DNA of 49,996 bases from Paraglomus brasilianum. Its lineage: Eukaryota. How positions within the stretch are numbered: the first letter of the stretch is position 1; each line of letters opens with the position of its first letter. The stretch lies in the NCBI GenBank assembly GCA_910592345.1, contig CAJVPI010000140.1, positions 1 through 49,996 on the forward strand. Reading direction: 5' to 3'. The notes under the pieces were generated by a model. That model saw only the letters and a list, made by a program, of their open reading frames with translations. It was not told the origin of the DNA and made no database searches. A program made the position numbers and the translations under genes. Below, piece after piece: positions 11,623 to 23,802 of this stretch.

Positions 11623-13453
11623 CTAACTCGACCGATTTCTCGCAGTTCTCACATTTGGACGCCTACCACCAGGACCTGTTACTCCAGCTTGTTCTTGCTT
11701 ATCTTTGTCCTTATTACCATCATTCCCGTTAGCATTTCCTGAAGCACCACTTCGTTTCGGCCGTCCTCTTCTCACGCTCCCATCTTCTTCCTTTACCACG
11801 CTAGAATTTAACGATTCGGAAGACGTCTCCGCGGTTTTTTTTCCACCCATTACCGCGTTTTTTTTTACACCCTTTGTAACGCGTTTCTTTTTTGGCGGGC
11901 CCTGTTCGGTGGACTCGTCCTCTTGATCGTTGTTATGAAACACGGTGGGAGCGGGTTGGGTTGGTTGGGCTTGTTGGGGCGGTTGTTGCGATTGGGGATG
12001 GGGAGGATGAGACGTTTTAGGGGAGATGTCGGTGCTGCCTTCAGTGGGTGGAGGAGTTAATGTAGCCGACGAGCGTTTTCTACCCTGATTTCCCCCATTC
12101 CCATTGCCGTGTACGTTCCCGCCGGAAGTACCAACACTAGTTTGCGTGGACACGTTCGATACTTCGACTATATTCATTGCTGCGGCCTCTGCAGTGCCGA
12201 TTCGATTGTCCGCTGGTAAGTTGACGGGAACGTTTGCCGAGAAAGTGCTCATCATACTCGCTTGTGCAGGCGGTTCCCCATGGTATGGGGCCTGCGGCGT
12301 TGTAATCGGGAGACGGATTGTCTGGACGAATGGTTGATTGCCAACAGGAGGCATCTGAGTGGCTACGGGAGTTGTGACAATTGGGGGCATGTCGGTGTCT
12401 TCAGCTGATGAAGATGATGATGGTGAACCGTGAGCACCGCGATATGCACGAAGCTCTTCGTCATAGCGTTCCTTATCGGCGAAATAACGGTCTTCGTAGA
12501 CCTAGATTGACGAAATCGTGGTTAAGAAGAGTGGGAAGGAAGCGAGCTTTGATTAATGACGGGGATCTAGGAAAGAGAGGGTATATGGATGTATTTGATA
12601 GGATAAGATGTATAAGGTAGAAATAGGCACAAACGCACACACCACACACACCACACACACCACACACACACCACACACACCACACACACCACACACACAC
12701 CACACACACCACACACGCCACACACCATACACACCGCAAACCACACGCACCACACACTCTACGCACTACACGCTACACACTCTACGCACACACTCTACGC
12801 ACTACACCTGCACACGCTGTACATGGCGCACACATATAGACATCATACCTTTTTCTGCTCAGTCGACAAAGCTTTCCATCTGCTCCCAATTAACTTTACC
12901 AATTCTTTCTGATTGGCTTCCGGATTGTTGGCTTTCATCTCAGCTCTGATTTCGTTGCTGAAAATGATGTAAGCGGTATTTGGTTTCTTTGGTGCGTTTG
13001 GATCTTTATTATATGATTTGCGACCTTTGCGGTGAGTGCGGGGGGTCAGTGTGGTTGTTGTGGGACTGACGGGAGTGAGCGTTGGAGGGAGTATGCTAAC
13101 ATCGCGGGGGATAAGTGCTTGGAACTCATCGACTGCAGTTGCAGCTGTTCGCAAGGCTGTTGCGACTGATTCGTAAGCGCGAGCGAGCTAGGTGGATGAA
13201 TGGATGGGATGGATGGGATGAGATGGATGAGTGAATTATTGAATGATTTATTAAACAGGGCGTGTAGAGACGAGGGTGTGGTGATATGACGTGATATAAC
13301 GTGATATTGTCCAAGGAATACAGATTTTCTGCCATGTCAAAAGGGATTACTAGCATGAGAGATCAGAGATTGAATACATACATCGTCGCGCTTGACGGTC
13401 AGCATAGCTAGGACTTGTGGGTCAATCTGTCGCGGATGGGGATTGGGATCCAT
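11623..13453 (-). CDS. HMG-box chromatin protein (HMGB/Nhp6/Hmo1-like) with C-terminal AT-hook; exons 13453-13382, 13187-12849, 12501-11623
   Basis: Splicing gives KDPNAPKKPNTAYIIFSNEIRAEMKANNPEANQKELVKLIGSRWKALSTEQKK|VYEDRYFADKERYDEELRAY, a canonical HMGB-type box. Donors GTATGT and GTATGA; AT-hook RRGRPKR in the last exon. Confidence 0.9.
12632..12810. repeat. CA-rich micro/minisatellite (CACCACACA)n in intron 2 of the HMG gene
   Basis: Directly visible tandem repeats, grading into CACACTCTACG variants. Confidence 0.95.
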
Positions 13454-13579
13454 GGTAGACGGCAAATTGTAGCCTATAGATTTGAATTGTTGAGTGGGTG
13501 TGAGTAGTTGCGGAGTAGAGAGTAGGGTTGAGGGTGGATGGTCATTTTGTTTAATACGCGTCAGCTGTATTGCCAGTAA

Positions 13580-13730
13580 TTATTGTTGTTGTTGTTGTTG
13601 TTATTATTATTATTGTTGTTGTTGCTGTTGTTGTTGTTGCTGTTGTTGCTGTTGTTGTTGTTGTTGTCTCTTTCTTTTCTCTTTCTCTCTTTCTCTCTTT
13701 CTCTCTTTCTCTTTTTCTTTTTTTTTTTGT
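13580..13730. repeat. Compound microsatellite (TTG/TTA/CTG)n plus (TCTCTT)n upstream of the HMG start codon
   Basis: Directly visible. Confidence 0.95.
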
Positions 13731-14639
13731 TTTATAACTTTTGACTAAAACTATTATTGTTTTGTTTCAGTCGTCTTTTTTTTTCTATCTATTCTATTTT
13801 ATGTATGACTATGTCGGTTGTATGACTATCGTTCCACGGCACTTTATGTAGTGTGTGGGTTGTTGTTTGTTGGTTGTATGTAGTTTGTTCTTCACCAGTT
13901 TTGTAGTGGGGGAACAGGAGTGGTCTAGTTGAGTAATATTCATTTCCTTGGGCTACTCCCTCTTATCTCTTACCTTTTTTGTTTGTGGAGAAGTGAGAAA
14001 AGAAACTTCAGTGGGAGTTCTGAAGTCGGGGGGCTTTGGAGTTTGATTGATGTTGGAGAGATTAAGATGAGAGTAAATGTTGGTGGTAAATGTCAGTGGG
14101 ATGTGGAGTAATTCGCCGACTTAATTTCTTGGGGGATAATTTCTGGGTGATTGGAGTATATTTGTATATGGGGTTGGGTGAGATTGGTTATATGTTTATG
14201 GATGGGGGATATGAAAAATCACTATTTGATTTATTTTTGTTTGCAGATGAGAAGAGCGATTTTATGGAATTAGTTGGTGTGGGACAGAAAGATTGGGGCA
14301 TAAATCCAGCCCGTCCGCAAAATAGCGAGGCTGATGGAGAGTTATTAGGATGGGTTGATCGTATGGGTGGCAATTGACTAATATGGGAAGATTGGGCGAA
14401 TGGGAGAGTTGGAGATGGAGTGGGATGAATGGGGTGATTGTTAATGCATATCGGACATGCAGTACTTTGGAGTTATACCGATAATATATTAGGAAAGTGT
14501 AAACTCAATAATTACTCATTTTAATTGGTTTGTTTATTATAAATTGATAGTTATAGAAATATCCGGTATTGTAATAAGCGGGTAATTGTATTAGAATTGA
14601 AATAATCATTGTTACTATTACATAAATATAGCGATTATA

Positions 14640-14765
14640 ACAAGACAAGACAAGACAAGACAAGACAAGACAAGACAACAACACAACAAGTCACAACACA
14701 GCACAGCACAACACAACAACAATAATAGTAATTAACACTAACACTAACAACAACAATAATAATAA
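14640..14765. repeat. (CAAGA)n / (CACAA)n / (AAT)n microsatellite cluster
   Basis: Directly visible. Confidence 0.9.
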
Positions 14766-17700
14766 CATCTGGTCTTATTATTAGACTTACTTATTTATTT
14801 ATATATGCTCATTCAATTTATTCATTATTATTTATACTTATCGATTTGTTTGTTTATAAATTACGCAAATTAGTCATTAGTGATCGAAATAAATTTCATC
14901 TGTGTGCTATATAAATCAGCCCCTGAATAACTCGGAGTTTTGTGACTGATAAAGAAGATAATTCCAGTGTTGGAAAACAGGAAAAGGCAAACCCTTTCTC
15001 TGCTATAAGTAACTACGGATACGAGGAAAAACTGAATTATATAGTAAATTCGTAAAAATAAATAAAATTAAACTCCGCCATCCCATTCCCCCCACCTCTC
15101 CCACCTCCCCACCTCCCCCCTCATCCCCCTCCTCCCTTTTCTAGCAGAAAGAGAAACTCTAATGCAAATAAAACTGGCGGTCAAAAGCAGCCAAACTATC
15201 TTTTCCAACCCAGAAAGAAATAAATGACTTTTCATAAATTAATCGTAGTAACACATAATACTTGATGGCGTACTGTGGGAGCATTCGATGTATCATTACT
15301 GCATGATGCAATTGTTTCTGCTATTTTTGATAAATTGTTGATAATTTTGCCTGAATGCATGCGAGCGAGTGCATATATGAGTGTGCATTTGTAACACAGA
15401 TCTCGGGAACTTATCAGGAATCACATCTATTAATAAGCATACAAAAACAGAAGAAAACAAATGCATAGAACGAAAACATTGAAATTTAATAAATTGGATT
15501 ATTATAAGTAAATATAAACTCTCCCATCAGTTACTAAACCCCCCTCTCATCAATTACTAACATTACTTACTACCAGTGTCTATCAATTCGCCCCCTTTTG
15601 TTCGGACATTTCCCGATCATCGTAACGCTCATTTTCAGGGATAACGCTAATTGTTTACTCCCAATAAATCAATCTGTGCAACCTAACGCTACATTGACAT
15701 TTCACAATTTGGAACAAAGCAAAAGGGAACAAGGTTGGATATATTAGGAATATTGGCGTTACTATTTTTGTAATAAGATACGTTACTGAATGAATAACAG
15801 TGGATGGGATTTTGCGGGATAATATTGGATTCCGTGGGATTAAATGGGATTAAATGGAATACGCAACAAAGACAATGCTATGAACATTAAGGTTAATACT
15901 CTAACGTCTCAATAGTGACGATAAATAGTAACGATAATAACGAACAGTGACAGCATTAGGAATCGAGTGCGACATGAATTCAAAAATGGTCATTACAGAC
16001 CCCGCAATAAATATTAAGTCAATATTAATGTGCAGAACTTTAAGGTTTTCCCAAATAATTAAAAACCTCTTTGTATACATGAAACCAGGAGTGCCATTAT
16101 AAACTGTTTCTCGCGAGCAGGGTGATTTTTCATCTTGACTTTTTATGTCTACTACTGCTTGCTTGAGTATAAATCATCATCTCATCATTATCGTAGAAAT
16201 CGGGCCAAGCACTCTTTTTTCCGGATCAAGCGATGAAGGTTTGCATATAACTGCCTATTTTGAGCGTTTCTGTAACTCCCAGACGCAGGGATGAAAAAAA
16301 ATTTACCGTTTGGTTAGATGTACCTTTTGGTATTTCGTTACAATAATAATGTTTACTCTACTTGGCTTTGTGTTTTACGCCCGCAAAATCTCTCCACTAT
16401 CAGAGTAAATCCGAAAATGTCTCCCATAGTCATCTGGTCGCATAAAAAAGACTTTTCCATACATTTATTGATAACAAATTTGTGCACGCTTGTCCAAATC
16501 AAGTGGAAGACTGAGATATTGGGCTGAGTATTACATAACGCCGATTTGGAATCTCGATACAAAGGCTTACATGTGATGTTTTCTTAAATGAACGCAACTG
16601 TGTCAGCCAAAATAACCCATTTAAAAGATTTACCTGCAAGCTTTGTTCCCAAGATAAGTGACTGAACAACAGGTCAGCCCACAATAAAATCCATATCAGT
16701 ACAGTCTGTAACAAGTGAACATAACGCCACAGAAACAGTTCAGGGATTTAATTGTTAAGCCGATAATCCCCTGTAGTTATTTTATTTTGGCCAGATTCCG
16801 CAATGCTGTCTGTCATACCCAAGAAGTAAAGCTTGCTATTAAATTTGCTGTTTGAGAGTTTACTGCAAAACAGAAAGCATTTCGCAAGTTCGTCAGAATT
16901 TCTCTTCAACTCGTACTTGAATGTTAGTTTGTTTTCATTAAATCAATCACAAATCGACTTCACTAGTGAACTTTTTCGTGGGTAATTTTCCTTGGTTCAA
17001 TCAACCTTACAATAATAACTTTGATGTATATATGTAACGCGGGTACAAGTGAAATTACTTGCCCACGCATCGAAATGAACCTGAGGAAGAGAACACTAGA
17101 AGTATACTGATAAGAACAAAGAAATAGAGAATGAGATTTTTAATAATAATGAGATGTAGTATAGGGTTTTCACTAGAATGACGCAAAGAAATAGGTTAGG
17201 TAATACTTTAGAAATTATCATGCAATGTTAACATCATACCGGTATACTTGAATATAATTACGTTATTAAACCAAACAGATCATAGCAACGTCCTTAAGAA
17301 GAACATGATATGTTCCAAGTCGTAAAATTTGTCGTGCATTTATCGATTTATTATTATCAAGGATAGCCCCTTGCAAATCGTAATATCAATCAAATGTGTT
17401 ATCAGATATACACATAAGGCAAATTCCAGAAAGTTCCAAAACGCGTTGGTTTCTTTCACAGATTTCAGATCGACACTTTTCTTCTGTGACAATGAACGGG
17501 TAACTTGTATTATTTGCTGATTCAAACTTTAATCTTGCGTCAGCTAATATCATTTCATTCAATGCCATTAGAAGAAATGATCCCGAACGTAATTATATCA
17601 CTCTAATATCCAGAGTTGCCGCGCGGATCTTCCTGGCATTCCCGAGTGATTACCGTAGATGTACGTATCATGTACTGCATCCGGGCACTTTTATTTTCAA

Positions 17701-19379
17701 GTTAAGTAACGGTTATAATTGAATCTGACGATTAAAGATTGGCCAATAATTGAGCAGGAGAATTTTTGAGTTTACGGATAATGCACATTGGCGATATTAA
17801 TATCGACTTGTGATTTGATTTATTGGTAAAATTAATGCCAACAAGATTACCGGGAAGAGTAAATGCTGATTGGATTAGCAATAGACCATTTTAAATGCAC
17901 CAGTTTGACTTGACAGATAATCTTTCGTTTAGGCTAAAACATTAACAGAATGCAATTCATGGCTAATGCGTTGTGTGGGATGATACGTCAACTGAATAGC
18001 TCATTACAACTTCCATTTTGGCAGTGAACACAAAAAACCAAAGGCTCTATTGATTACTACACTTGAATATCTACATACAGAGGAAATTATGACAACCACG
18101 ATCCTTGTATATAATATAGGCCACAATAATAAGCAAAATTGAGACCGTCGCGCCCATCACGTTACGATATCGGCTTGCGTTGTGACGAGTTTTTTGAAAA
18201 AAGACGTTGCTACAACAATTGGCATAATAAGAAGCAGTAGTTTGCATTGTTTTTTATAGGGACGCTTTCGAAGCATTCTGAGAGTTGTTCGGATTGGTAA
18301 ACTCGTTGGATGTGCAGATGAAAAACCTAACCAAAACGTTATACATTTGTAATAAACCAGATACCGGTAATCGAGATAAATGCTTCTTTATTAATTAACA
18401 ATAACGGCAATATTTACAGAATTGTAATTTCAGGTCAAATTTCTCGGGCTACCATTACAAGATATGAAAAGACCGTCATAATAACGAATTTTTTGTGTCG
18501 ACTTTCACTGTGTTGTCTCCTCGATGTCATTTACTGACTCGATTGCAGGGGCATATATATGGAGATATTTTTGAAGTTGAGTGTCAAAATTGGCCGGTGG
18601 TAAAAGAAAAAAATAGTGAACGAAAAAAACATAAAAATATTCATAATTTAGATGGTAGTAGTGTATAAGTTACGAAATACGATGCTTTTACAAAGTATAC
18701 GCATACATGGGTACCTCGCGCGTGACCATCTTCGTGGTTCAATATGCTCCATCATTCGTAATCATTGTTGTTCTTCTCTCGTTAAAGTCGACCCTTTGGT
18801 CAGCTTAGTAGAATTGGAAATAATCATGGGAAGACAAGTTCAGAGTTTAACCAGCAATTTAGAATTTATATCCGCTCCCGAAAAGAGAACTTGTATAACC
18901 TCAAAATCCTTAAACATACAGTATTTAGAATAAAGTTCATTTTGTTATCCAATAAAACCAAATTTATTGTATCACAATGCCTTTACTGTTGTCTATTCAT
19001 CCAAAATATAAATTCCTAATTGGCACACGTGAATGAATATAATTGATGAACTCATATCGGGTTGATAATAATAACACAACTGAATCAACCTAATCATTGA
19101 TGTAAACTCTCGGTTGGCCGAATTGTTTTTTAACTTCAATATAATTTAGCCTGACCGAATTGATATTAGCAGTAATATGATGAATAGTCCGTTGACATGA
19201 CCCATTAACATGATAAATAATTCAATCATCTATCTTTATAACAAAACTAAGCTTTAATTCATTAGATTAACATTAGTATTTACAAATGATAAACACGTGG
19301 ACCCTCGGTTTTCTATCTGTCCGACAACCCGTCAAACTCTTTTCTCGTCACTCTTTAAATCTTTTTGTCCATTTCAATA

Positions 19380-21290
19380 CTAATTCCCTCTGGTCAAATT
19401 TTTTCTCTGCAATCTGGGTCTAGTAGTGACAATAGGCACTTCACCAGGGTGGTCAATAATTACGAAAGCCTCAAGCCGTGTTGATTTAGCCCCATCCATA
19501 TCGACATCATCTCTCTCGGCATCTCCTTCAGAACTGTTGTCTGAATGGAGGTTAGTGATCGTGTGATTACCGTCATCATCTCCTTCGTCATCACTGATAC
19601 TTATCGAATCTAATGGTTTGCGTGTCTTTGGCCACTTATAACCATCATCTCCCCACTGGCCTGCTGACGAAGAGGAGGCCAGAGATGACATCTTTGAACG
19701 GTGGAGCATATAATATGGAGCAAGTGGCGTATTAAGATACATAGAGCATAGAATCATCATTAGTGTCCCAGTTATATGAATAGCAACGTCGAAAGTAATA
19801 CCTCGATATTTGGAAATTGATTAGATGCAGCTACATTCATTGGAAAATAGCAAACAGCAAACATTCAAATAATAATATCTTACAGGATTTGGTTTCACTT
19901 CTCCCCCAGTAGCAAGATATCTCTGCCATCCATCCAAGTATACTTTCTTGACTAGGAAATTGCAAAAGCTCTGGTCAACAGATAAGGTCCCCGCGTTTTT
20001 ACACGCATCAATAGCCATTGAAAAAGAAACAGTCTAAAAGTAATTATCCAAAACACACCTTGGCTCCCTTCACAAGCCTCAAAGCAGTCAGGAATATATT
20101 GTTTGAATCTGACATACTCATAAGATCTTTCCTTACAAGGCTTCATCCTTGAGAACAAGGCTGGATTTTTAGAGGGCCATGAAAATTTACCCTTCTTTAT
20201 TCCCTTATTATTTCTATCTCTATTTCTATTACTATCGTCCAAGTCCATTCCCTCATCTGTATCTTCAGGATCTTTTACTATATATGCCTCAACTGCATCA
20301 ATCTCCATCGGCATTACTCCAGACGACTCGGCTTTAGGAGATGTCGGCGTGCTTGGAGACTGGTGTATTGGTGTGGTCGACGGTGATGGTCTTGTGGGTG
20401 TTGGTACAGCTGACGACGTGCGCGAAGTGCGTGATGGAGAGGAATTAGAAGCGGCGGTCTTAATGCGAGCGATGGAAGAGGCTGCGAGGGCAGCATTGGA
20501 AACAGTTTCAATGTTTGGTAAATAGAGCATTGATGATACTCCTCGTGTCCGCCGTGCAAAATTGCGACCATTAGACTTTCCCGATAAACTTTGTGCTGCA
20601 GATGATGGCGGCGAAGAGTGATCGTCCATTGAAGCCTCGGAATTCGTCGATGTCGTCTTTCCCGAATTTATTCGACGTTTCAGTAATTCTTTGCTTTGAG
20701 CAATTAACTTTGCAAAAAAACTCTCTGAAGGCAAGTCCCCATTCAAGTGTAGGGACGGTTCGGAAATTGGTGTTATTTTGGTTTTGGTTATCCTTCTCCT
20801 GGTTCCTTCCATGTCTTCTGAATCTGATTCAGAATGGTAACTTTCATCAAAAGAAACATATTCTTCGGATGTAGATGAATTTTCATCACCTTCTTCATCA
20901 GTCTCTATTAGTATAATTTGACTGTCGTCTTCGACGAGACGTTTTGTTTTTTTGGATAGAATGGAATCCTCATCGTCTCCATCAATGACAATCACTAGAT
21001 GTTACAAAAGGGTTAATATGGGTCACACCTTTTTTTTTATCATGAATTCCTTGATCGTCAATCTAATTCCTCATACCTTCATCTACCAACTTTCTTTTTA
21101 CTCCAGCTATTTTAGTACCAGTTTCCGAACTCTCTCCTTCACTACTCTCGTCAAATCCGTCTCCATTACTATTATTACTTCCACTAGCCTCTCCTTGATC
21201 CCATTGATAGTCTTGAGACTGCGAGGTCTTTCCATCTTCTATGACTGTAATTCTGGTTGTTGTGGTGAATAACGGTGCCTTCCTATACAT
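19380..21290 (-). CDS. Hypothetical multi-exon, largely disordered Ser/Asp/Glu-rich protein
   Basis: Chain of same-strand ORFs (21063-21290, 19952-20995, 19821-20018, 19380-19760) with GTATGA and GTAAGA donors and a CTAG acceptor near 20995. The 3' splice pattern is uncertain. Confidence 0.65.
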
Positions 21291-22139
21291 GTGAAGGAGG
21301 TTGAGATCTGAGCGGGAGAGAGAGAATACAAGGTGTATGTAATATACGTTGAAGCGCGAGTTGTGACAACAATGAATATGTTATTATTATATTACGTGCA
21401 AGTTTTAAGACCTTACCATATATAGGACACTCTTGAAAACTTGGAATTTCATGTGATTTTCATGAGAAGATTGATTGGTCAAAATATCGAGACTTGTTAT
21501 TTATTCATTGTACTGTATGTTCGGTGTATGATTCAACGTCCAAGTCCATTGTGAACATTGTTACAGTATTAGCATCCGTTAACCCTAACCCTAATTGCAA
21601 GTTTTTCTACAAAAACTATATAAACCAGGGCTTTTCTGTTTCCCACAATTGTCACTTTCACTATTCAATTTTATAAGCTGTCGTTTCGTACTCTCATTGA
21701 ACCATCTTTATGAAAGATTCCAACGTCTTTTTAAATTTATTATTGCATGACATGACTATAATAGGATCTGTCGACAAATTACCAAGTGGCGGCCAAATTT
21801 GTCTTTGAAACGCATACTCACATTTCTATAATGAAAAACGTAATTACCTTATTTGACTGTCGTTGAGCCATCCTCGCTGATAGAACCTGAATACCAGATG
21901 CGCATATCCCGTAACCTGGCGATTGGAACAACTAAGCTTACTGTTGCTCATACCGATAGGTTATGAAGTGAACATAACAAGCGTAATCCATAATAATCTG
22001 AGCTTCTCTCTTACAATAACACTAACAACTATTGTACACGAGTACCAAATACATAACTTTGGAGTACCTAATTGCATATTTCTGTACAAGTGAATTTGCA
22101 CAATCACGATATATCGTAAATGTAATAGTAAACGTTTAT

Positions 22140-22260
22140 TTTAAGGACTTAAAAACTATTATTATTAATACACGCCTACATTAAAACCTATCATTACTAA
22201 TAAATTAGGAATAACAAGTCCTGTCAGGGAATAGGTTCCCGCGTAGCCTAAGCTGACTCC
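22140..22260 (-). ncRNA. Putative Fanzor omega-RNA scaffold / element right end
   Basis: Immediately 3' of the Fanzor stop: hairpin GGGAA-CCTA-TTCCC (22227-22240), long-range stem AGGACTT/AAGTCCT (22216-22222 with 22144-22150) and inner CTAAT/ATTAG hairpin. The position matches known omega-RNAs. Confidence 0.55.
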
Positions 22261-23802
22261 TTTTTTGTAAGATATCGACGAAGAATATTGCGAGCACCAT
22301 TAACATCTCTATCAAGGTTTGTTTTACATTGGGGACAGCAAAACACCTTAGCTTTTTTATGAATATAACCGCAGGATCCAAGTTTTACTTGTGTTACTAC
22401 TCGACAGGGATGCTCACGTGCCTTATGGATCAAATGCTGTTGAAATTGACAATGTGACCATGTAGAACCAATGCGTCGTCGGACCATTCCTTGAGTGCGA
22501 AATTCGATTAGTAATATTATGCGATAGTTTTCACAAAGCCATTTAGCTAGTTTGTGATGACAATCATTCACAAGACAACGGATCCTCTTATGAGTGCATA
22601 ACGTAATCTACAATTGAAAGTAGTATATATGTTAAATTATAAATAAATATTAAATAAATAATTTAATTAATAAAATTTACCTGTAACGTTTTCGCTTATT
22701 TTTTTTTCCATGAATACAATCGCGTTTACTTTGAAGTTTGTCGCATGCATGACTCAATCGCTAAATTCGGCCAATGTCGTTTTTTACAGCTACCCCACTT
22801 GGATCATAACCTGTCATGAATGTACGTACACCTGGATCCAGAGAAATCACTCCTGATCTCTCCTATTACATTATTAAATATATAATTGTTAAAGTTTTAA
22901 TTTAATAGATAATATAATATAATAAAAAAATTAGATCAATACCTTTTGAAATATAGGGCCTTGGTTTTCAGCCCGTATTTCAAGTGGTCTGGGTATACAA
23001 GATAATATTTCCCTCGTCGATTCATAACAAGGCGGCTACGTGTATCATATTCAAGCTTATTTGGAAGAGGTTTGATTTTAGAGAGAAATGAATATTCGCC
23101 ACGAGACTTGCCCCAGTGTTTAGAAAGTATTGTAATTGATTGTTGAGGATTTTTTGGAACGGAGCTTCATCTTGAATTTTTTACGATTGGCAGCAAAATT
23201 GGAAGAATATCCTTTAAGCAAGTCGTTCATTGCTTCATCGCGAATGTCATAGGGAGTTTAAGTTTGGTATCATTGAAGTTTTTGGCGTTGAGACATAGTG
23301 CGCGTAGATCCTTCTTTTTTTTCTTTTTCGACGGCGGTAAGGCACTGATTGTATGTCCATCGTGCTGTTCCCATCCATCTTCTGAGTTTCAGCCGCTCCT
23401 GCTGGTTGGGATAAATGCGAATACGTTGTGCCTTGCCTGCTGAAGGTTTCTTGGAACTCTTGAACCTCTTGGGCGGCTTCTCTTCTCCTTCTGCGGTTTG
23501 CAGCCTAACGTAGTCCATTATGTCGCGCCACAAACACTGTGACGATTGCGAGTAGGTCTTCTGCGAGCTCTCCATTGGTATAAACTTCTGAACCGAGAAC
23601 CACGAGCCGTGTCCCATTTTTTTCAAAGATTCACTCCACAAGTTCGGACACAAGCGGTCTTTTCGGGTAACCACCACTTCTTCGACTCCTTTAGAGTATA
23701 TTTGTTCCAAACCCTGCGTTTCCAATTGAGCCCTGTGATCTGTCCGTAGGTTGGGGAGCTGAGGACCTCCTTTGTTTGAACCGTTTTTAGTGGTGTTAGC
23801 AT
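22248..23802 (-). pseudogene. Fanzor2 (eukaryotic IS607-type TnpB) RNA-guided nuclease, degenerate, with two spliceosomal introns (22863-22942, 22608-22680)
   Basis: Motifs in order: WNKYTLKESKKWWLPEKTAC, GSWFSV, RIRIYPNQQERLKLRRWMGTARWTYNQCL (OrfB HTH), PYDIRDEAMNDLLKGYSSNF, RuvC-I VISLDPGVRTFMTGYDP, CHHKLAKWLCENYRIILL, WSHCQFQQHLIHKA, Zn ribbon SCG...CPQC, RuvC-III LDRDVNGARNI. Multiple frameshifts and small deletions. Confidence 0.92.

Noticed and set aside
12473..12949. Cys/Val- or His/Thr-rich ORFs
   Set aside because: They are translations of the intronic CA microsatellite.
11623..13453. HMG gene as a mating-type (sexM/sexP or MATA-HMG) locus
   Set aside because: The box is of the HMGB/Nhp6 class (KDPNAPKKP...AY), and no triose-phosphate transporter or RNA helicase flanks it.
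13494..13748. Poly-Cys ORF
   Set aside because: It is a translation of the (TTG)n microsatellite.
16300..17700. Short minus-strand ORF fragments and a small inverted repeat at 16741-16773
   Set aside because: No recognisable motif or consistent exon chain.
21580..21595. TAACCCTAACCCTAA telomere-like sequence
   Set aside because: Only about two units; too short to call an interstitial telomere.
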